The notes below the pieces were generated by a model, which was not told the DNA's origin, did no database searches, and was given only the letters and a program-made list of their open reading frames with translations. Below are positions 26,105-32,000 of a DNA stretch of 32,000 nt, in pieces. This DNA is from Cupriavidus necator (GTDB taxonomy: Bacteria; Pseudomonadota; Gammaproteobacteria; Burkholderiales; Burkholderiaceae), in contig NZ_CP066019.1 in NCBI RefSeq assembly GCF_016127575.1, forward strand, positions 1,890,001-1,922,000, written 5' to 3'. Within the stretch, counting starts at the first letter, position 1; the number at the start of each line of letters is the position of its first letter. The position numbers and the translations under genes were made by a program.

Positions 26105-27058
26105 ATGAAAAATTCGATCGCGCTGCTGTTCTGTGCATTGGTCACCACAGTCTCGATGCCGTCTCACGCCAATGACAGCACGACGCCCCGTCGCCTCATC
26201 GTTCCCTATACCGCGGGCGGAGGCAGCGACACGCTTTCCAGGGCAATCGGCCAGAAGCTTTCTCAGGTACTGGGCGAACCTGTTGTCGTTGAAAACCGGC
26301 CCGGGGCAAACGGCTACATTGCCGCTGGCGTTGTCGCCAAGAGCCCACCAGACGGCCGTACCTTGCTTGTCGGCGGCAATGCGCTGATTATCGGGCCGAT
26401 GTTGTACTCATCGCACAAGCTTAATGCGTTGAAGGATTTCACTCCTATTTCCAGTCTGGTCAGAGTGACTCTTGTACTGGTCAGTAGTCCGGGCCTTCCG
26501 GCCAACAATGGCCGAGAATTTGTCCAGATGGCGCGAAAAGAGAAAGGCCTGAGCTACGCCTCGCCGTCGCCGGGCATCATGTTTGCGACCGAGCAAATCA
26601 AGGCGCTGGCCGGTTTCGACCTGATGCGCGTGTCGTACCGTGGCGCACCGGAAGGCTTTATCGATGTGACTTCTGGAAGGGTATCCGTGATGTTTGACAG
26701 CGTTGCCGCGGAGCTGCCAAACATCAGATCGGGTCGCGCCAAGGCTCTTTTGGTTACCGGCGAAAACCGCCACCCTCTCCTTCCGGACGTACCGACGCTT
26801 GCTGAATCTGGCATCCCAGGCTACGTAGAGGACAACTATATCGGCATACTTGGTCCGGCCGGCATGGATCCGCACGTCGTCGATACACTGAACGCCGCAT
26901 TGCTCAAGGTCCTCCGAGACCCTGAATTCAAGGCCTTTGCAGAAAGGCTGGGATTTCTCCCTTCACCTGCATCTCCCAAGGCCTTCCGGGATATGCTCGG
27001 CGCGACCACAACGCGGTACCAACAGATTGCCAATCAGCTCGACCTCAAGCCGGAATAG
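26105..27058 (+). CDS. Bug family (TctC-like) periplasmic substrate-binding protein of a tripartite tricarboxylate-type transporter
   Basis: AAGGAGA RBS and a signal peptide (MKNSIALLFCALVTTVSMPSHA). VVENRPGANGYIAA is the Bug-family signature. 317 aa. No TctA/TctB membrane genes are in the window. Confidence 0.9.
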   Translation: MKNSIALLFCALVTTVSMPSHANDSTTPRRLIVPYTAGGGSDTLSRAIGQKLSQVLGEPVVVENRPGANGYIAAGVVAKSPPDGRTLLVGGNALIIGPMLYSSHKLNALKDFTPISSLVRVTLVLVSSPGLPANNGREFVQMARKEKGLSYASPSPGIMFATEQIKALAGFDLMRVSYRGAPEGFIDVTSGRVSVMFDSVAAELPNIRSGRAKALLVTGENRHPLLPDVPTLAESGIPGYVEDNYIGILGPAGMDPHVVDTLNAALLKVLRDPEFKAFAERLGFLPSPASPKAFRDMLGATTTRYQQIANQLDLKPE

Positions 27059-27116
27059 AGAAGCCACATGCATTGGTGCGAATAGCCTGACGTGTCTGTC
27101 CCCGGGCACATCGGCT

Positions 27117-27150
27117 CGGGGCCGCGCTGGGCGCAAGCCGTGCGGCCCCG
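27117..27150. terminator. GC-rich hairpin in convergent intergenic region
   Basis: CGGGGCCGC-N16-GCGGCCCCG lies between the convergent stops at 27058 (+) and 27205 (-). There is no clear U-tract. Confidence 0.35.
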
Positions 27151-27204
27151 AAATCGAGCAGCATTTCGACGGTCGCCAGACAGTTCCAGGGGGATCGGTG
27201 GCGT

Positions 27205-28380
27205 TTAGTCCACGAGGAAACGTTCGCACAGCAGGGCCCAATACGCCGCACCGACAGCAATGTTCCCATCATTGAAGTCGTAGCCGGGATTGTGGACCGA
27301 GCAGCCTCCGGCCTTTCCGCCTTCGCCGTTTCCAAGCCACAGGTAGCAGCCAGGCACGGCATCCAGCATGAAGGCAAAGTCCTCACTGGCGGCAATGGGC
27401 GACGCCTGGCAGTTGACGTGGCTCGCGCCCAGCAAGTCCAGGGCGACCTGGCTTGCGAACGCCGTTTCGGCCGGCGTATTCACCAGGACTGGATACCCGC
27501 GCTGATAATCGACCTGCGCCGTGACGCCATAACTCTGCGCCTGCGCGGATACCAGGTCCCTGACACGCTGCTCGATCCGCTCTCGCACATCGCGGTCCAG
27601 TGCGCGGACACTCAGCCTGAGCACGGCGTGCGAGGGAATGATATTGGAGACGGTACCGGCCTGGAACGCGCCCACGGTAATGACCGCCGCTTGCAGCGGA
27701 TCGACATTGCGCGCCACGATAGTCTGCAAGGCCATCACGATGGAGGCGCCGGCCACGACAGGGTCGGCCGCGTGGTGCGGGATCGCCGCATGGCCGCCGA
27801 CGCCTTCCAGCGTGATGGTGACGTTGTCGGCCGAAGCCTGCGCCGCGCCCTCGCGCAACAGCAGACGGCCCGATGCGGTGCCCGGTACGTTGTGCATGGC
27901 GAAGACGGCATCGCAAGGGTACTTCCTGAACAGTCCGTCCTCCATCATCTTCTTTGCACCGCCCAACCCCTCCTCTGCCGGCTGGAAGATAAGGTTCAGG
28001 GTTCCGCTGAAGTCGCCGCGCCGGGCGAGGTACTTTGCTGCGCAAAGCAGCATGGTGGTATGCCCGTCATGCCCGCAGGCGTGCATCACGCCGGGATGGC
28101 AGCTGGCATAGGGGAGCCCTGTGGCCTCCTCCATCGGCAGGGCATCCATGTCGGCGCGAATGCCAAGGCTGCGGTTGCCCGTACCGCGTCGCAGCCGGCC
28201 GACGACCCCCGTTGTCCCCAGCCCGCGCTCGACCTCATAGCCCCATTCGGCGAGCAGGCTGGCCACCATGTCGCTGGTGCGGTGTTCCTCGAAGCCGAGC
28301 TCCGGATGCCGGTGCAGGTCACGGCGAACTGCTACGAACTCTTCGGCGCTGTCCCGCAGCGCGGCCAGGATGGGATGCAT
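27205..28380 (-). CDS. M20D-family amidohydrolase (hippurate hydrolase / N-acyl-amino-acid amidohydrolase-like)
   Basis: ATG at 28380 with AAGGA upstream. RRDLHRHPELGFEEHRTS, the metal-binding block MHACGHDGHTTMLL, and FQPAEEGLGGA. The track ORF's 56-codon N-terminal extension overlaps the upstream gene and was rejected. Confidence 0.88.
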   Translation of the reverse strand: MHPILAALRDSAEEFVAVRRDLHRHPELGFEEHRTSDMVASLLAEWGYEVERGLGTTGVVGRLRRGTGNRSLGIRADMDALPMEEATGLPYASCHPGVMHACGHDGHTTMLLCAAKYLARRGDFSGTLNLIFQPAEEGLGGAKKMMEDGLFRKYPCDAVFAMHNVPGTASGRLLLREGAAQASADNVTITLEGVGGHAAIPHHAADPVVAGASIVMALQTIVARNVDPLQAAVITVGAFQAGTVSNIIPSHAVLRLSVRALDRDVRERIEQRVRDLVSAQAQSYGVTAQVDYQRGYPVLVNTPAETAFASQVALDLLGASHVNCQASPIAASEDFAFMLDAVPGCYLWLGNGEGGKAGGCSVHNPGYDFNDGNIAVGAAYWALLCERFLVD

Positions 28381-28387
28381 GTCGTCC

Positions 28388-29386
28388 TTATTGCGGCTGC
28401 AAGCCGATGGCACGGGCAATGCCGCGGTATTGTTCGATGCTCTGCTGATAGGCCTTCTGACTTTCGGCAAGCGACACCGGCTTGGACGCAGGCAGGTTCG
28501 CGGCATCCAGGCTTGCGCGCACCGAGGGGTCGGCCAGCGTATGCACAATCGCGTTGTGCACCGCCTGCACGACAGGCTCGGCAGTGTCCTTCTTCACGAA
28601 GATGCCAGCCCAGGTTGAATAGTTGAAGCCTCGCAGCGCCTTGCTCTCATTGACGCTGGGGACCGACTTCACTGCCTCCACTCGCGTAGGCGACAGTACG
28701 GCCAGCATCCGGACCTGGCCGGTGCGCATGCGTTCGATGTCAGGCTTGCCAAATGGCGAGATGAAGATATCGACGATTCCGCCAACGAGGTCCTGGATCA
28801 CGGGCGCGCCGCCCTTGTAAGGGACGTGAGTCATCGGCGCTCCGATGGTTTGGGACATGTGCGCCCCCAGGAGGTGATAGAGCGAGCCGATGCCGACGCT
28901 GGCGTACGTCAGTGGTTTGCCGGCCTTGGCTGCCTGCGCGGCATAGGCGGCGAGTTCGTCGACATCCTTTACCGGCAGATCCCTGCGCACCAGGATGGCA
29001 AGATCGACAGTGCCGACCATATGCACCAGCCTGAAATCTTCGCTCCTGAATTTGATTGCGGCATTGGCCAGCGGCGTAGTGATGAGCTCGCCGGGCCCTG
29101 CCTGCAATAGCAGGTGGCCGTCGGCCGGTGCATGAAGGACCTTCTGCGCGGCAATCGCGCCACCAGCTCCCCCGAGGTTCTCGACGATGACTGGCTGCCC
29201 GAACTGCCGGGCCAGGGACCCGTTCAGGTTCCGGGCAACAACGTCGGAGAGGCCGCCCGCCGGGAACGGCACCATCAGCGTTACCGGCCGGTCAGGAAAG
29301 CCGTGTGCCGGCGCCAGCCCTGCAAAAAGCAGTGCTGCAACCAGGCCGCCGAGCCAACGGCGGCCAATGTTCTTGAATCGGGTCAT
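28388..29386 (-). CDS. Bug family (TctC-like) periplasmic substrate-binding protein
   Basis: ATG at 29386 with GAGGAG upstream. Signal peptide MTRFKNIGRRWLGGLVAALLFAGLAPAHG. Signature VIVENLGGAGGAIAA. Confidence 0.9.
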   Translation of the reverse strand: MTRFKNIGRRWLGGLVAALLFAGLAPAHGFPDRPVTLMVPFPAGGLSDVVARNLNGSLARQFGQPVIVENLGGAGGAIAAQKVLHAPADGHLLLQAGPGELITTPLANAAIKFRSEDFRLVHMVGTVDLAILVRRDLPVKDVDELAAYAAQAAKAGKPLTYASVGIGSLYHLLGAHMSQTIGAPMTHVPYKGGAPVIQDLVGGIVDIFISPFGKPDIERMRTGQVRMLAVLSPTRVEAVKSVPSVNESKALRGFNYSTWAGIFVKKDTAEPVVQAVHNAIVHTLADPSVRASLDAANLPASKPVSLAESQKAYQQSIEQYRGIARAIGLQPQ

Positions 29387-29441
29387 GGCGGTCTCCTCAA
29401 TGCGTGTTCTTGTGGAATCGGATCGTAAAGCGCCGTCCGGC

Positions 29442-29456
29442 ATGCGTCCAATGCAT
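29442..29456. promoter_or_regulatory. candidate LysR-type T-N11-A box in divergent promoter
   Basis: ATGC-gtccaat-GCAT dyad (TGC-N7-GCA, i.e. T-N11-A), 45 bp upstream of the lysR-type ATG (29501) and 56 bp upstream of the divergent Bug gene. AT-rich sequence follows. Confidence 0.4.
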
Positions 29457-29500
29457 TATCGGTCTAAAATTTATTCAAAAATCTCATCTATAAGTGCGCA

Positions 29501-30412
29501 ATGCATCTCAAACATCTCAAGCATCTGCTGATGGTGGCGGATATGGCGTCCTTCAGCCAGGCGGCACAACGCCTGCACCTGACCCAGTCCGCGCTGAGCC
29601 GGAGCATCCAGACGTTGGAGGACGAACTGGGAGGCCGCCTGATCGACCGGCACGGCAAGCGCAATGTGCTGACCCCATTGGGGGAGCTGACTGCAAACCG
29701 GGCCCGGCGCATCGTGTTCGAGGAAGCGGAACTGCACCGCAGCGTCGAACTGTTCCACCACCACCACCTGGGTGCCATCCGCGTCGGGCTGGGCGCGGGG
29801 CCGGGCGCAGTGCTGGCGACGCCGTTTCTCCGATACATGGCCAGGCACCATCCCGGCATACAGGTCAGCGTGTCGCTTGGTACTTCCGATGCGCTGATGA
29901 TCCAGCTGCGTCAGCGATCGCTTGATGCAGTCATCGTGGAGGTGAGCAGCGTGGCGCCAGCAACGGACCTTCGCCACGAACTGCTGAACGCGTTGCAGGG
30001 CCGCTTTATCTGCCGCACAGGACATCCGCTTGTGCAACAGGCTGCCGGCGGAGACGCCGTATCGTTTGACGATGTCATGCGTTATCCGCTGGCTTCCGCC
30101 CCGCTCAGCACGGAAGTCGCGCGCAACCTGGTGAAGCGCTTCGGTCCACGCGCGGATCCGGAGCATTGCCTTAGCCTCAGGTGCGAGAATGTCCGGAGCC
30201 TGGTCGAAGCTGTGCTGGATTCCGACGCGATACTGTTCAGCATCGTCGCCGCAGTGCGTGCGGAGATTGCCGCAGGAAAACTATGCGAACTGGTCACGAC
30301 CCCAGCGGTCGATGATGGCCCCCGCTATGCCTCTTTCACCCTGGCGGGGCGGACCGAGGCGCCCAGCATGGAAATATTCCGGAAATTCACGGACGAGCAT
30401 TTGCGTGACTAG
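29501..30412 (+). CDS. LysR family transcriptional regulator
   Basis: HLKHLLMVADMASFSQAAQRLHLTQSALSRSIQTLEDELGGRLIDRHGKRNVLTPLG is the wHTH signature. 303 aa. It is divergent from the Bug-amidohydrolase pair. Confidence 0.9.
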   Translation: MHLKHLKHLLMVADMASFSQAAQRLHLTQSALSRSIQTLEDELGGRLIDRHGKRNVLTPLGELTANRARRIVFEEAELHRSVELFHHHHLGAIRVGLGAGPGAVLATPFLRYMARHHPGIQVSVSLGTSDALMIQLRQRSLDAVIVEVSSVAPATDLRHELLNALQGRFICRTGHPLVQQAAGGDAVSFDDVMRYPLASAPLSTEVARNLVKRFGPRADPEHCLSLRCENVRSLVEAVLDSDAILFSIVAAVRAEIAAGKLCELVTTPAVDDGPRYASFTLAGRTEAPSMEIFRKFTDEHLRD

Positions 30413-30584
30413 CCGCCAGGCGAGCTGTTCCCGATCGGCAGCGTTATGCTTGAATCCATTCAGGGCAATGATGTGCCTTGTCGATGCACAATAAGAGTTC
30501 CTTGGATCACCCAACCTCCACTCCGAGACCGGTACCGGAGCCGTCCCGTGAGTTCCCGTTCCTTATTCAAAAGCGGATGCCGGT

Positions 30585-31388
30585 ATGCCAAGGCCCCAGA
30601 TCCTGACCTATGTCGACGCCGGCGCTTCCGACTGGACCGCATGCCTGATGCGGACCATCGGGCACCAACTCCACGCCAGCACCTACGAGAACCGTGCGGT
30701 GATGGCAGACGACATCCGGCACGACGCCACGCTGTTCGATGGGGCGGTGCTGTTTGTCTTGCCGGGAGGCGCCGACCTTCCCTACTGTGCAATGCTGAAC
30801 GGTGCCCCGAACGCGCGCATCCGGCGTTTCGTCGAACAGGGCGGCGTCTACCTCGGGATTTGCGCGGGCGCTTACTACGCATGTCGGGAACTGGCGTTTC
30901 ACGCCGGCACCAGGGGCGCAATCTGCGGCCCGCGCGAGCTGTGCTTTGTCGACGCCGTGGCAGTGGGCTCGCTGCCAGAACTGACTGACGGCATGCTGTA
31001 TGACGGCACGCCGCGTACCACGGCCGCGGTGAAACTGCGCACCACGGACAGCCTGACCGATGTCCCGATGTCGCTATACACCCACTACCATGGCGGCTGC
31101 CGCTTTGACTTCGGCGACGCTCCCGGCGCTGACACGCAGGTCCTGGCCGTCTATGCGGATATCGATGGCACGCCGCCGGCCATCGTCAGTTCACGGGTTG
31201 GCAAGGGCCGCGCGGTGCTCGCCGGCGTCCACCTTGAGATCTCCGAGCGGGAGTGCAAGGATGCGCTGCGCGGACACAGCGATATGCGTGAACACCTCCA
31301 TGTCTGCGACCGGCTGGCGGAGACCGGCGATACACGCCTGGCGGTGTTTCGCCGGTTGCTGGCGCACGCGGGGCTGGTGCTGAACTGA
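30585..31388 (+). CDS. stand-alone BPL_N domain protein (biotin-protein ligase N-terminal domain, class I glutamine-amidotransferase-like fold)
   Basis: 267 aa. Blocks VLPGGADLPY, GGVYLGICAGAYYA, PRELCF, AAVKL, YHGGCRF and VGKGRAVLAGVHLE line up with the conserved blocks of the N-terminal domain of eukaryotic-type biotin protein ligases (PF09825), as I recall them. No BirA catalytic domain is attached. Confidence 0.75.
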   Translation: MPRPQILTYVDAGASDWTACLMRTIGHQLHASTYENRAVMADDIRHDATLFDGAVLFVLPGGADLPYCAMLNGAPNARIRRFVEQGGVYLGICAGAYYACRELAFHAGTRGAICGPRELCFVDAVAVGSLPELTDGMLYDGTPRTTAAVKLRTTDSLTDVPMSLYTHYHGGCRFDFGDAPGADTQVLAVYADIDGTPPAIVSSRVGKGRAVLAGVHLEISERECKDALRGHSDMREHLHVCDRLAETGDTRLAVFRRLLAHAGLVLN

Positions 31389-31427
31389 GCGGCGCGCCCT
31401 ACCCTTTGGCCGGCATTCTTAGTGAAT

Positions 31428-32000
31428 TCACACAATGTTGACCAGCCGCGTCCCCGCCGTCAGGAACGTGCCTGCGGCCGCCTGCCACGTTACGCGGCCG
31501 CCGCGATGAGCATGGACTTGCATCTCCATCTTCATGGCTTCCATCACGGCGATCAGATCGCCTTCCTTGACCTCGTCGCCAACTGCGACCTTCCAGGTCT
31601 GCACGGTGCCGGCGATCGGGGATGGCAGGTCGGCCGGGTCAGTAGCGGCGGCCTGGGCCGGCGCCGCGGCGCTGCCTTGCCCGGGCGCGTCGGCGAGGCC
31701 GCGCAGCAGCTGCGCCGGCAGCCCCAGCACCATGCGGCGGCCGTCGATCTCGATGGCGGTGCGCAACAGGCTGGCATCGTGCCGGGGCTCGGCACGGGTG
31801 GCCGCTGCCAGCGGTTCGGCGAAGTCGGACTCGATCCAGCGCGTGTGGACCCTGAAGCCATCCGCGCCGAGGAAATCTGCGTGGTCGATCACCGCACGGT
31901 GGAACGGCAGCACCGACGCCACACCCTCGATACGGAACTCGCGCAGCGCACGGCGTGCGCGCGCCAGCGCCTGTTCGCGCGTGGCACCGGTCACGATGAG
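31428..32000 (-). CDS. biotin-dependent carboxylase alpha subunit, 3' part (biotin carboxylase C-terminal region fused to BCCP/biotinyl domain); 5' end outside window
   Basis: The frame is open to the window edge. The biotin-carboxylase C-terminal block is EFRIEGVASVLPFHRAVI. An Ala/Pro-rich linker follows, then a biotinyl domain with the attachment motif VMEAMKMEMQV. Confidence 0.85.
   Translation of the reverse strand, partial: LIVTGATREQALARARRALREFRIEGVASVLPFHRAVIDHADFLGADGFRVHTRWIESDFAEPLAAATRAEPRHDASLLRTAIEIDGRRMVLGLPAQLLRGLADAPGQGSAAAPAQAAATDPADLPSPIAGTVQTWKVAVGDEVKEGDLIAVMEAMKMEMQVHAHRGGRVTWQAAAGTFLTAGTRLVNIV

Noticed and set aside
7691-28626. Long antisense or overlapping ORFs: 7691-8770(+), 8953-10071(+), 11162-12595(+), 14058-15002(+), 16779-17819(+), 20307-21290(-), 21608-22486(-), 22270-23154(-), 24550-25482(-), 27292-28626(+) and many shorter ones
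   Set aside because: Each lies opposite a gene with strong family motifs. Their products are Arg/Ala/Pro/Gly-rich with no recognisable motifs. This is typical of stop-codon-poor alternative frames in ~65% GC DNA.

Overview
High-GC (about 65%) window, probably from a betaproteobacterium. The Burkholderiales/Cupriavidus-like assignment is an inference from GC content and two Bug-family binding proteins. There are no rRNA, tRNA or CRISPR features. The left edge holds a secreted alpha/beta hydrolase, then insertion-sequence debris. That debris is a phased GTGATCA/TTTCGG repeat array, the first ~37 codons of an IS21-family istA, and a 1314-bp IS3-family element inserted into istA whose own orfB is frameshifted. 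The core (about 2.9-27 kb) is a dense two-armed catabolic supercluster around a 364-bp divergent control region (17784-18147). The minus arm runs Zn-ADH, 2x[4Fe-4S]-FNR fusion reductase, cytochrome P450, crotonase, crotonase, family III CoA-transferase, [3Fe-4S] ferredoxin, crotonase, LysR, acyl-CoA synthetase, ALDH, MDR oxidoreductase, AraC. An SDR gene lies convergent to AraC. The plus arm runs a Baeyer-Villiger monooxygenase with a ~180-aa N-terminal extension, a patatin-like serine hydrolase, a family III CoA-transferase, an alpha-methylacyl-CoA racemase-like protein, 3-hydroxyisobutyrate dehydrogenase, ALDH and a Bug binding protein. I read this as an uncharacterised pathway of the form hydroxylate, make a ketone, make an ester, hydrolyse, then process a methyl-branched acyl-CoA. 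The substrate cannot be named from sequence. The right end holds a LysR / Bug / M20 amidohydrolase module. It also holds a stand-alone BPL_N (biotin-protein-ligase N-terminal) domain protein convergent with the 3' end of a biotin carboxylase-BCCP fusion gene that runs off the window. Many long antisense ORFs in the track are high-GC artefacts, and several track ORFs have their starts re-assigned to RBS-supported internal starts.
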